The notes under the pieces: generated by a model
Database searches by the model: none
Told to the model about the DNA's origin: nothing
The model's input: the letters and a program-made list of their open reading frames with translations, nothing else
Made by a program: the position numbers and the translations under genes
Assembly (NCBI GenBank): GCA_964016885.1
Contig: OZ024748.1
Coordinates: 3,720,001-3,784,000 of the forward strand
Length of the DNA stretch: 64,000 nt
Direction of reading: 5' to 3'
Source: Eledone cirrhosa
Taxonomy: Eukaryota
Shown: piece by piece, positions 14,101 through 24,968 of the stretch
Layout of the letters: each line of letters starts with the position of its first letter
Numbering within the stretch: the stretch's first letter is position 1

Positions 14101-17100
14101 TGGGGGTGGTGGGACGGGGGTGTATTTCGTTAGAGATGCCTACTGACTGTAGTAGGTTTTACTATGTATTTAGATATATATATATATATATACATACATA
14201 CATATATATATTATATGTATGTATATATGTAAACTTACAATTAATGGAGCTTTGTTTTGTCCAATATATTTTGAAATCTCAGTTTCATCAACTTTATAAA
14301 GGATGTCTTCAACGAAACCCTACAATGGAAGTGAAAATATACAACAACAGCAACAGCAGCAATAACAGCAACAACAACAGCAGTAACAACAACAAGAACA
14401 ACAGCATCAGCAATAACAACAACAGCAATAACATCAATATACACAGGAGTTAGATGAACAAGCTACCTGGGAATCTATTTTATATATACCATGGTCTTTA
14501 CTATATGAAGCACTGCTTGGGAATGTGATGGCACAAACATCAGCATCTGACCATTGGATTTCTGGAAGAAGAAGAACAATAATAATAATAATGGTTTCTA
14601 CTTTAGGCACAAGGCCAGCTATTATTCCAGTGTATTACTGGTACTTTATTTTATCAACCCCGTAAGGATGAAAAGCAAAGTCAACCTCGGCGGGATTTGA
14701 CCTCAGAACATAAAGGGCTGTAACTCTATGCCGCAAAGCATGGTGTCTGACTCTCTACCGATTCTGCCAATCTACCGACTTTTAATTACCTGTAACAATT
14801 GTTTCTACATTTGGCACAAGGCCAGCAATTTACATATCATGGAAACTATAGAAGCCCATCACACACACACTGTATATATAAATATATATATATATATCAT
14901 TTCAGTTTAATGTCAATTTTTCCATGCTTGCATGGGTTAGACTGGTCATCCACACCAAGAGGCAAGTCTGGCCAGGGTTGGCCATGTGTCACACCTTGCT
15001 CCAGCAACGAGTGTAAATTTGGCTGGGTATTTTAGAGCAGGATGCCCTTCCTAACACCAACCACCATATATATATATATAATGTGTGTATCTATATCATC
15101 ATCATCATCATTTTATGTTTGCTTTTCCCTGCTTGCAAGCGTGGGACAGGTCCTATTCACCACAGCATCTCTCCACTTGTCACGGTCCTTCATCATCTCT
15201 GTGAGCTTCAGCAATCTGAGGTCTGCTCTCAACCACCTCTGCCCATGTTTTTCGTGGTCTTCCTCTGCTGCGTCCTTCTACTGAGATTTCTTGGCATTTC
15301 TCAGCGGTCATCCTCCATGCGAATCACATGTCCATACCATCTCAGTCTTCTCTCCCGCACACCACAACTTATCCCTCTTATATATATACGAGGTGTGTCA
15401 GAAAAGTTCCAGGACTGATGTCACAAAAGATTTATTTCAAACCCAAACTTCACACTAAGAGTTTTCTCCTTCAAAGTAATCCTCCTGGAGTCTAATACAC
15501 TTTTCCATCCTTTTCTGCCACACTTGCATGCACTCCTGGAAGGATTCTTCGGGGATCCTCTGCAGTTCCGTCGTCACAGCCTTTTTGATGTCGTCCACGT
15601 CTTCAAAACGGGTCCCCTCCGGGTCATACTCGAAGATCCATGACTGGTGATGACTGTCCCTAGCAAGTCTGGTTCGGTTTCAAGACGCTCGAGGATGTCC
15701 TGGCACACTTGCATGCGTCGACCCTTCTGGTCATCGTTCAGCAGTTTTGGCACCATCTTCACGCAGACTTTCCGCATGTCTAAATCTTGAGTGAGAATCG
15801 TCCAGACGCTGTCCCGATTCATGCCCAGCTCATTTGCCATCAGTCGAACAGTCAGCCAATGATCGCCACGCACCATCTGCCTGACGCGCTCAACATTGAC
15901 CTCAGTCCTGGTTGTTGAGGGCCTTCTGCTCCTGGGGTCATCTTGCACCACTCAAAAACACGTGAGCGTGACATCGTCTCATCTCCATACACTTGCTGTA
16001 GCAATCCCAGTGTTTCCGACGGAGTTTTCAAGTTTGTTCGTTGCTCTGTACTCATTGCTTGACGACCTGAAACAGAGGACATGTATATAAAATTATGAAG
16101 AAAAAAGTTTGATCGCTGCAGAGAGCTAAGATTAGAGTTACATACTCCAGGGGGATTACTTTGAAGGAGAAAACTCTTAGTGTGAAGTTTGGGTTTGAAA
16201 TAAATCCTTTGTGACATCAGTCCTGGAACTTTTCTGACAGACCTCGTATATATATATAATGTGTGTATCCATGTCTCTATGTCTATATTTACATTTGTGT
16301 CTGTATCTGTGTTTGCATCACTTAACTTAGCAGTTCAACAAAATAAAATTGATAAAATAAATACCAAACTTTAAAAAAAAAACAATACTTGGGTTGATAT
16401 GATCAACTAAACCTCTTTAGGGCAGCGCTTCAGCTTGGCCACAGTTTAATGACTGAGACAAAAGAATAAAAGAATATTGATAATTCAGGTACTATAAGGT
16501 TAATTAATGAGTTCATGCCTAATTGATATCTCGTTAATAATACATACTTGTATGTTGAGGGACAGATAACATCATATCTGTGCTGCAAACCCAGATACCA
16601 GGGGGAGCATACTGGGCAATCTGTAGGAGAGAAAGTAAAACATCATCATCATCATCACCACCATCATCACCATCAACAACATCATCATCACCACCATCAT
16701 CATCATCACCCCCATGATCAAGGACACAGTGTATCTATTCTATAAACCTTACAATCCTGAACCTAACACCCTCACCACAAGGCCACACACACCTTCAACT
16801 GTAGTGCTATATATAGCAAGGAGTAATGCTTACATTTTCTGTCAGAGTTTTGTAAGTGAGATCAATAAGACAGAGTAAAGAGTCATAAGATGAAGTCTTG
16901 TGTTTCACAGGTAATGGAAGAAAACCATGTCGACAGGAACTGTATGTATAAGAACGGCCCTGAAATATAGACAAAACAAGAAGGAAAATCACAATAAGAT
17001 TTTTTCTCTTACAATTCCAGTCTCTGCAATACAAAGTATTAAAATCACACACACACACATTCCTCCACTTCCACCAAGCGTGAACCTAATATAACTGTGT

Positions 17101-19349
17101 ACAATTGCCTCCTAACTATATATATATATGATGATGATCATCATCATCGTTTAACATCTATCTTCCGTGCTAGCATGGGTTAGACGGGTTTGTCCTATTT
17201 GAGGCAAATTGGGTCATGTGACTGTGTCTCACTTGCATAGGACTGTTTGCATTTATATATATATGCAAATAATATTGATTGCACTAAACCATAAACCAAA
17301 CACTTAGAAAATACTGTTAACCCTTTAGCATTTAAACCGTCTGTATTTTGTCAGAATTCTCTCATCTCTTTCTGATCAAACCAGCTGTATCTGGCCAGAA
17401 TTCTTTCACCTCTTTCTGTTCAAACTGTTTCTACATATTTGGTGTATTCTGGTGTATCCCTAATTTCAAATTTCACTAAAGATGTGATTGGAATTATAAA
17501 CAAGTGAGGGCAGAATCTTACTTACACTGTGCAGGATGAGAATGTAGCAATTTTGAAGAACATCAGCATTTATGGCCTGAAAGAAAAGAATTTTATCAGT
17601 TTTCAAATATTTCAAACAAACCACAGAATGTTTTCATTAAATACTTGATGGTTGGAACCAGCAGCAGTACCACCACTACCACCTCTACTACTACCACTAC
17701 AACAACAACACCTCCACCACCACCATAAACAAAAAACAACACTCCTATCCTCACCTCCCAAACCACCACCATTACAAAAACAACAATACCGCACCCCTCA
17801 TCACAAACAACAACCGCAACAACAACAACAACACACAATGATATGAAATAATCAGCCCCTACCGTGTACCCTTTCTTAGCACAGATATACTCTGTGACAG
17901 CCAACAGAGCATTAATTGTTGCTCCACCGCTTCCAACATTGGATATAGGGTCCTCAATTGTTAACAAGATGGCGTCTTTAGGGAATAAACCTTTGGCCTG
18001 TCTTATATCCAGTTCTGAAATTGACAGGAAACGTGGTGTAGTAACATGTGTGTGTGGTGTAGTAACATGTGTGTGTGGTGTAGTAACATGTGTGTGTGTG
18101 GTGTAGTAACATGTGTGTGTGTGGTGTAGTAACATGTGTGTGTGTGGTGTAGTAACATGTGTGTGTGTGGTGTAGTAACATGTGTGTGTGTGGTGTAGTA
18201 ACATGTGTGTGTGTGGTGTAGTAACATGTGTGTGTGTGGTGTAGTAACATGTGTGTGTGGTGTAGTAACGTGTGTGTGTGGTGTAGTAACATGTGTGTGT
18301 GTATGGTGTAGTAACGTGTGTGTGGTATAGTAACATGTGTGTGTGGTGTAGTAACATGTGTGTGTGTGGTGTAGTAACATGTGTGTGTGTGGTGTAGTAA
18401 CGTGTGTGTGTGTGGTGTAGTAACGTGTGTGTGTGTGGTGTAGTAACATGTGTGTGTGTGGTGTAGTAACATGTGTGTGGTATAGTAACATGTGTGTGTG
18501 GTGTAGTAATGTGTGTGTGTGTGTGGTGTAGTAACATGTGTGTGGTGTAGTAACATGTGTGTGTGGTGTAGTGACATGTGTGTGTGTGGTGTAGTAACAT
18601 GTGTGTGTGTGGTGTAGTAACATGTGTGTGTGTGGTGTAGTAACATGTGTGTGTGGTGTAGTAACATGTGTGTGTGTGTGGTGTAGTAACATGTGTGTGT
18701 GTGGTGTAGTAACATGTGTGTGGTGTAGTAACGTGTGTGTGGTATAGTAACATGTGTGTGTGGTGTAGTGACATGTGCGTGTGTGGTGTAGTAACATGTG
18801 TGTGTGTGGTGTAGTAACATGTGTGTGTGTGTGGTGTAGTAACATGTGTGTGTGGTATAGTAACATGTGTGTGTGTGTGGTGTAGTAACATGTGTGTGTG
18901 TGGTGTAGTAACATGTGTGTGTGTGGTGTAGTAACATGTGTGTGTGTGGTATAGTAACATGTGTGTGTGGTGTAGTAACGTGTGTGTGTGTGGTGTAGTG
19001 ACATGTGTGTGTGTGTGGTGTAGTAACATGTGTGTGTGGTGTAGTAACATGTGTGTGTGTGGTGTAGTAACATGTGTGTGTGTGGTGTAGTAACATGTGT
19101 GTGTGTGGTGTAGTAACGTGTGTGTATGACTGTTCTTAACAGATTTGAAAATATATGACAGAATGGACTCCATTAAATATAACCAAAGACTAGAAAGAAA
19201 AAAAAAAGATGAAAAAACCCCAGATTTTAGAAAGAATTTAGAAAACTTCTTTGCATTTGTTTACCTTGCTGCACAGAACTTGACCATTGTTTATTAGAAC
19301 AGGTAACTACGATAGCAGTCCACTGGAAAGACACTTGATTAAAATCCAT
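312..19349 (-). CDS. FCSK: L-fucose kinase (fucokinase), multi-exon, 3' end continues beyond the window start
   Basis: Hand-spliced GT-AG exons with consistent phases, 5'->3': 19265-19349 ([17 protein letters not shown]), 17863-18014 ([18 protein letters not shown]), 17526-17576, 16834-16959, 16548-16620 ([13 protein letters not shown]), 14467-14561, 14239-14319, 13346-13465 ([14 protein letters not shown]), 12102-12291 (LSLFFDVL), 11344-11477, 9615-9776, 8399-8518, 7916-8017, 7369-7499, 5840-5917 (WRESWRLS), 5164-5306, 4581-4732 ([10 protein letters not shown]), 3950-4096 ([15 protein letters not shown]), 3110-3274 ([16 protein letters not shown]), 1697-1731, 620-708, 312-449 (SDLPQGSG, start of the GHMP ATP-binding motif). 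Motifs are colinear with metazoan fucokinase. Confidence 0.95.
1120..1380 (-). mobile_element. Degenerate RTE-clade LINE 3' end
   Basis: Minus strand reads [27 protein letters not shown], the RGRxxxxWxD C-terminal motif of RTE ORFs. Confidence 0.55.
1905..2075 (+). mobile_element. CRE-like non-LTR retrotransposon endonuclease C-terminal fragment
   Basis: [25 protein letters not shown], near-identical to the ORF at 59678-60100. Confidence 0.75.
2800..2990 (-). mobile_element. tRNA-derived SINE, family A
   Basis: Reverse complement of the element at 46765-46951. Confidence 0.8.
3588..3803. repeat. Minisatellite, about 40-47 bp unit x5
   Basis: Unit gcaactgtagctgtgtaaaatatacacagcagtcaaca repeated in tandem. 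Confidence 0.85.
5497..5714 (+). mobile_element. piggyBac-type MITE (about 220 bp)
   Basis: TTAA on both flanks; TIR CCC(C/T)TTAGCATTTA...TAAATG(C/A)TAAAGGG. Other copies at 32916-33088, 35042-35254, 45081-46134, 56255-56475(-), about 63450-63636(-), and interrupted copies at 12722-13265 and 42218-42625. Confidence 0.8.
5973..7176. repeat. CAC/CAT-based compound minisatellite (30-36 bp unit) in an FCSK intron
   Basis: Unit (atc)n gtc acc act acc ctc (acc)n repeated over about 1.2 kb. Confidence 0.95.
8160..8352. repeat. Tandem repeat, about 46 bp x4
   Basis: Unit cactgacatccaacaggcttcaacacagtttccgtctaccaaactc. Confidence 0.8.
8565..8880 (+). mobile_element. CR1/L2-clade LINE 3' end with (TTA)n tail
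   Basis: Homologous to 42230-42545. Further copies at 12797-13143, 21668-21880, 46605-46760, 61275-61405 and 42955-43115(-). Confidence 0.8.
8985..9140 (+). mobile_element. Short dispersed element carrying a degenerate minimal hammerhead ribozyme motif (Penelope-like LTR type)
   Basis: 9005-9040 reads TCTT CTGCTGA A GGAC TAGC ATCC GAAA CG TT AAGA. Homologous copies at about 13530-13672(-) and 33457-33570(+). All end next to (TA)n/(CA)n. Confidence 0.65.
9838..10120 (+). mobile_element. SINE-like repeat family C with (GAT)n tail
   Basis: Core ggttggtgttaggaagggcatccagccgtagaaa. Reverse-complement copies at 9175-9385, 13790-14062, 14900-15065, 23055-23270, 34360-34525 and 34845-35005. Confidence 0.75.
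10228..10363. repeat. Near-perfect palindrome (about 68 bp arms)
   Basis: atatttattaaaataaca...gctgctttcacccttaacg a gatcttc a gaagatc c cgttaagggtgaaagcagc...tgttattttaataaatat. Confidence 0.9.
12388..12540. repeat. Tandem repeat, about 57 bp x2.7
   Basis: Unit catgccttccaaagtgtcctatcagaagcaaatgtcactaggccagagccctcaaa. Confidence 0.85.
15389..16246 (-). mobile_element. Internally deleted mariner DNA transposon with about 103 bp TIRs
   Basis: TA target duplication. TIR CGAGGTGTGTCAGAAAAGTTCCAGGACTGATG... is matched at 16144-16246. Frameshifted transposase N-terminus ([37 protein letters not shown]); DD34D domain largely deleted. Confidence 0.92.
18032..19125. repeat. Satellite GGTGTAGTAACA(TG)n, 19-25 bp unit, about 1.1 kb
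   Basis: Continuous tandem array filling most of the FCSK intron between coding exons 1 and 2. Confidence 0.95.
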
Positions 19350-19488
19350 GGTTCTTTCTAAATAAATAAATAAATAAATAAAAAACATTAAAACTTATTG
19401 CTGTTGGTTCTACTGGGTGGATGTAACAATTGCCCCCTTTTCACCCCTTTAAGTCTGGCCCTGCATATAAGCATATACAGACAAAAAA

Positions 19489-19551
19489 AGTACAATGGTA
19501 GCGAAGCCGTTTTGTATACGGCTGGTGTGAGTTCGAGTCGCACAGGCGACA
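19489..19551 (+). pseudogene. tRNA-Thr(TGT)-like fragment lacking the 5' acceptor strand
   Basis: D-loop-like AGTACAATGGTAGC; anticodon stem GCCGT/ACGGC with loop TTTGTAT; T arm GTGAG-TTCGAGT-CGCAC; 3' AGGCGACA has no pairing 5' strand. Confidence 0.5.
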
Positions 19552-20691
19552 CTGTCAACTTTTTCCGTTTCCAACATAGTAAAATCAAAAGCAGCTAACA
19601 TACAATTAAAATATAAATATGAATATTTTAAAAAATGATCAGCTTTGAAAGAATCGTTGCAAAACCAATCGGCAGCAGGAGACTCAGGAGTAGACCCCGA
19701 GTAAGAATTACATCTATAAATTTGGTTGGTCTCGCTTGGAGATACAGCCGGATCAGTTGGAGATAGTTGCTTCTGACAGTACCCGCTGTAAGGAGTGTTT
19801 GTGGACTCTGCCCTCACAACACTCTCAGGAATAAGTGAAAGAAGAAGAAAAAGAAGAATAGTTTTGTATCATAAAACTAGGGTGTCGTATTTAAAAACCT
19901 CTCTGGGGGAACCGCCCACTGCGATAGCGACTAAAAGAATAATCCATGTCCCTTAGAAATATATTGGGCAACCTTTGTTTACTATATTTCTAATCGAAGA
20001 CACTTGGTGCCAGATTTAGATATAAGCTAAACAAATTGAAACTAAAGACCCATAAGGAATTAAAAAGGTTACATGTTTTCAATTTTTGTGAGACTTTCTA
20101 GCATATACGTATATTTTTTTTAACACCGGGCCTTCAAGATACATATTACTTAGAGCCTTATAATGTTTTCACTCAGCGCTGAAGATACTGCCTATAATTT
20201 TCAAATCATTTTGAAATTTATTAAAACAAAAATTATGACGGAAACATTTTAGGTAAACAAACAGAAATACTTTAAAATAAACAGCTTTACATCGAAGAAT
20301 AAAGGGCGTTTTGATAGTAGAAGGTTTAAATGTATATAAAAACTTACCTTTATCAAAACAGCGGTGTTCTGTTATTAATTTGTTATATATATATATATAT
20401 TTAAAGTCTGTGTTAAGGTTGACTTGTTTCACTAAGAAAACTTCATTGTATGTGGTAGACGTGGTGTCAGTTTTTACCTTTTCTATGTAAAGGGACGTAA
20501 CTCCACGCTTTTAACGTTGTAAATTCTAAATTTTTTAATTTTTTTTATTTATTTCTGGGTAAAATAAAATATTATTTAACAGACGATGTAGAGTTTTGTT
20601 TGTTTATGTTTTCTTTGAGCAAATAAAGACATTATTCTGAGAAAGAATTATTTTAAGGTAAAATAAAATTATTCAACAGCAAAATCTTCAT

Positions 20692-20723
<32 letters not shown>

Positions 20724-20809
20724 TATATCAAGGGCGGAGCCCCAGCATGAACTCAGCCGGATGGCTGGAACAGGTAAAAGAGTAAAAGAATATATGAAAT
20801 AAAAAAGAG

Positions 20810-21545
20810 GAAACTTAAGACTGCCAGAACTACAGAATAATCAGCCTAATTAGCCACCCCAGTAAAATACTGCTAAGAGTCCGAAATAAACTTGGCAGAA
20901 GAACAGGCAGGATTCAGGACTGCAAAGAAGTACAACAGAGCAAATATTTAACATCAGTTTGCTCACCGAGAAACACATGCAGCACCAAACTGACCTCATA
21001 ACTTCGTTGATTTAAAAAAAACCATTGACCATGTTTGGCGTGAGGGTTTGTGGAAGATGATGAAGGATTACAACTTTGACACCAACCTCATTGAAGTAAT
21101 CAAAGCACTGTATGACAACTGAAACAGTGCGGTTCTCCCGAATGACAACATTGGAGAATTCTTCAGGACAACAGTGGGAGTTCGACAGGGGTGTCTCCTT
21201 TCTTCGGGGATTTTCATCATCTTACTGGAAAATATCCTACAAGAGACTCTCCAGGACTCCCACACCTCAGTTTCCATTGGAGGAAGCTTCATTTCTAGCC
21301 GGCGATTATCTTGACATTGACCTGTTAGGAAGCAGAACTCCAGGAGCTCATTACCAGACTGGAAAACATATCAAGAGCATATGGAATGGAGGTCATCTCA
21401 GAAAAGAACAAGATTCTGGTTAATAATCATAATCAGAATATAGCAATCAACATCATGTTGAACGGAGGAAGAATTGGATGCCTTCAAATACATAGGATCT
21501 ACGCTGACTAAAGATGGCAGGTCTTTAAAGGAGATACCGACAAGA
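20810..21545 (+). mobile_element. RTE-clade LINE reverse transcriptase fragment (degenerate)
   Basis: Frameshifted motifs NYRIISLISHPSKILL, AEEQAGFR, TEQIFNI, GVRQGCLLS and FKYIGSTL. Confidence 0.85.
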
Positions 21546-24500
21546 CTTTTTATCCTTTCCTTTAACGAGGAAAATGCTTAAGATCTTTCATCATCACGTA
21601 TCTTATTCCTGGATGCATCCATTCTATCAAATTAAATTCGAACTAGGAATCTTTACTTCTAAACTGGGCCACATCCTTTAAAACCTCCATGCTTCCTGAG
21701 ATTCGCCAACACTACACCTAATATTCCCCCTCCATACACATACACACATATATATCATGACTCATACACTATTCACTTCCCTGACATTTGTATATTATTC
21801 TATGTACTATACATGCACCTTTGACGAGTTGTTGTGCAGCTGAGCACCTTACACAATAATTTCATTATTATTATTATTATAATACACCCAATCACGAAGC
21901 CACTGATGCAGTTTTAGAAAGAAAAGCTTTTTTTTTAAATCGAGCCCCAGTCGAGTATTATGTACCGACTCGGGAATAAGACAACTGATAATGAACAGTA
22001 TTGTAAGCCACTGAAATGTTGTGAAAATTTAAATATATATTAAATTTAAAAAAAAGATGTTTTATATCCAAAATCGGGGTTAAATACTCCGAAAAATTAC
22101 AAACCTGTTCTGTATTGTTAAAATCAAATTCTGTCCCATTTCCTCCAATCGAGAGTTGTTTCCCCTGTTTCACCGAAACACGTTAACGTGTTTTGTAACG
22201 ATGTGCCTTGTCCCTTGATTTTGTTTCTCCATAACTTTCTTAATAATTAATATTTTTTAATGAAATTAAGCAGAGATACATTTTCTGTGATGAGATTACG
22301 ATTATGGCGACGAAATCGTTTGACAAAAATATTTACAATGCTACATTCGTTAATGTTTTCATTTAGTGAATACTTTCGCTTTGTTTGTAGTAGGTTAAGT
22401 GTAAACATGAAAATACTTTCATCATTCCTTCGAATTTAATAAATTCCTTTTCACACCGATTGCCGTCGAAACTAAAGGTGTTCTAGGTCGCCAAAACGGA
22501 AGAACAGCTGCCTTCCTAAGGAAGGTACCTCTTGGGGTGGAGTGGCTGTTCTCTGTGGCATTAAACAATTTGATTGGAATCTGTTAAATAAAATATTTAC
22601 ACCCGTTATTCTAATTACTCAATATTATTTTACAGATCCTACAGCCGAGGTTAACTTTGCCTTTCATCCTTACGGGGTCGATAAAATAAAGTACCAGTAA
22701 TACACTGGGTAATTGCTGGCCTTGTGCCTAACGTAGAAACAATTATTTTACAGATCCTCATTCAACCGTTATTAAAAATAAATCGTCTGAATTTATGTGA
22801 AAGGCTGAGGAAAGTCGAGAAAATTCCTGCTGATTCTTGTCTTACTTCAGGGAGGAGAATCTAAAAAACGACACTGTTCTGATGATAAACCCGTTTTCAG
22901 ACAGGTGAATGCTTTTACTCATTTATTGGTTTCAGTCACTAGACTGTGGCCATGCTGGGGCACTGCTTTAAAGGGACTTAGTGAATCATATCAACCTCAG
23001 CATTTATTTTCAAGTCTGTTAGTTATTTTATCTAACTGCTAAGTTATAAAGAAACATCATCTTCATTTTACGTCCGTTCTTCCACGCTAGCAGTGACGGG
23101 TTGTCCTGCTGGGAGCAGTGTCCAGTCGGCTGACCTTGTCTTGCTCATACAGGAACTGAGTCTGGCTTGATTTCTACAGCTGGATGCCCTTCCTGACACC
23201 AACCTCATTTACAGTGAGTGCTGGGTGCTTTTTTCCGTGGTGCCTACACGTCCACTTTACAGTGAGAGGGTGTGGGGGCATATTACCTATATGCTTCAGC
23301 TTCGGCTTGTTCCTGTGGGGAGTCGGTTACTGTGAGACGCCAGAGGTCACAGTCGTGTGTCATTGCTCTTGAGAGGTGCAATTGGGTAAGGTCGGCCTTT
23401 ATCACCTCATCCCAGGTCTTCTTGGGTCTCCCCACTCCGCAGCTCCATCGACTTCTAGTGCTCTGCACCGTTTTATGCAGCTGTCATCCTTCATACGCAT
23501 CACATGTCCATACCAACGTAACCTCCTCTCTGTGGTGCCCTTGTTCCCTTGATACTCTAGAGATTTTGTTATTTTACTTAATGGTTAATCCAGGCCTAGA
23601 TGGACATTGGTCAGTATATTGGACATTGTCAGTATATTCTCTTTCAATCTTCTATATTTTAGCTCCTTGATGTTGCTCTTGCTGACCCAAATCAAGCCAA
23701 GTTCCTTGTTCCATCTCTCATAGAGGAATACCGTAACACTGGCGGAGTATGTTATATACAATTAGTTTTTCTTTTACTACCTCTGTATGTCGTATGACTC
23801 TACTAAAAGAATTGGGGCCAACGATGAATATCTGGCTGTAAAACATTGTTTCAGAAAGGACCCCTTGATGAGAGTAAAGCTTCTCATGGGGCCAGTATGA
23901 CTGACCCCTAGAGTTGCAGCTTCTTTTTTTTCTTTTGAGTGTAAAAATACCAAATTAATTAATTTTACTCTTCCTTTTCTTTCCCCAACAGGTGAAGATT
24001 GAAGATGATGTGATTGTAACTGAAGATGGTGCTGAAATGATGACCAATGTTCCAAGAACTGTGGAAGAAATTGAAGATTTCTTCAGAAGTAGACAAGATC
24101 CAACACTGCCATTACCTTCTGAAATCCCAGCATTTCTTGGCAAACACTAATATAATAAACAAAACAGAAAAACCCAACGTTCTTTAATTTTTCTATTTCA
24201 ATGAAGAATTTTTAATTTTCATCCCTTTCTTTATATTCCAATGTTGACAAAACTACAAAGGAAATATAAGGAAAGAAAATGGATTGTTTAAGAAATACAA
24301 CAAAAACTAAACAAATTACGATACGATAGAATGAGAAAATGTAAAAGAATATTTCACTTGATTGAAATGAAGAATCTATATAATAAACTTAGATACACTA
24401 CAAATATTGTTGGAAAAGGATAAAAAAATTGCCATGGTGCTATTAAATTAGACATGGCCTGGGCCAGTACTGGCCCAAACCTATCAAAGTTATTTATAAT

Positions 24501-24590
24501 TCCATCAAATCTATTTTTTGTATTAATGTATAATAAATGTAATAAAAGACAAACATCTCTTTAAGATTGTGTTAATGTTTTTAATATTAT
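21546..24590 (+). pseudogene. Partial, internally deleted duplicate of PEPD (intron 1 part, degenerate exon 2, exons 15-16, 3' UTR)
   Basis: 21546-23050 aligns to PEPD 28840-31000. Pseudo-exon 2 (22754-22904, 151 vs 184 nt) has a deletion and an early TAA. 23530-24590 aligns to 36811-37930, with intact copies of exon 15 (23663-23746) and exon 16 (23992-24150, VKIEDD). No exon 1 or exons 3-14 were found. Confidence 0.92.
22641..22741 (+). mobile_element. 5'-truncated family A SINE with about 17 bp target-site duplication
   Basis: ATTATTTTACAGATCCT on both sides (22624-22640 and 22742-22758). The SINE is absent from the paralogous PEPD site at about 30645. Confidence 0.85.
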
Positions 24591-24769
24591 CATTATTGTT
24601 TTTATCAATCAAATCAATAGGTCACATGGATTCCCTTGACTCTCTGTCACCAGCCACTCTCTGTTGAAATGGCAGGAGCTCAGCCATCGGGCACTAACTC
24701 TCTCTCTCTCTTTATATATATTTATATATGCACACATGCATACATATATACATACATACATATATACAT

Positions 24770-24968
24770 CATGCATGGCACTGTTGAAGGTGGAAGCAGG
24801 AGGGGACACCAACGCCAAAACTGGTCAGACAATGTCAAAGAATAGATGAACATGACTACACCAGATTTTCTGATGGCCGCCGATGATAGACTATTTTGAA
24901 TGTATGCTGCTTCTGCATTCGGATCTCCCCGATGACTACAAAAATCAAGGGACTGATGATGATGATGA
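24770..24968 (+). mobile_element. RTE-clade LINE 3' end with (GAT)n tail
   Basis: MHGTVEGGSRRGHQRQNWSDNVKE followed by gatgatgatgat. Confidence 0.7.

Noticed and set aside
17596-19173. 356-525 aa His/Thr-rich ORFs
   Set aside because: Satellite read-through; only 17863-18014 is a real FCSK exon.
20347-20500. Possible non-coding first exon of FCSK (minus-strand AAG|GTAAGT donor at 20346)
   Set aside because: A single donor motif without transcript evidence is insufficient.
23777-24143. Antisense ORFs duplicated at 36978-37362
   Set aside because: These are shadows of the PEPD terminal exon and its duplicate, not independent genes.
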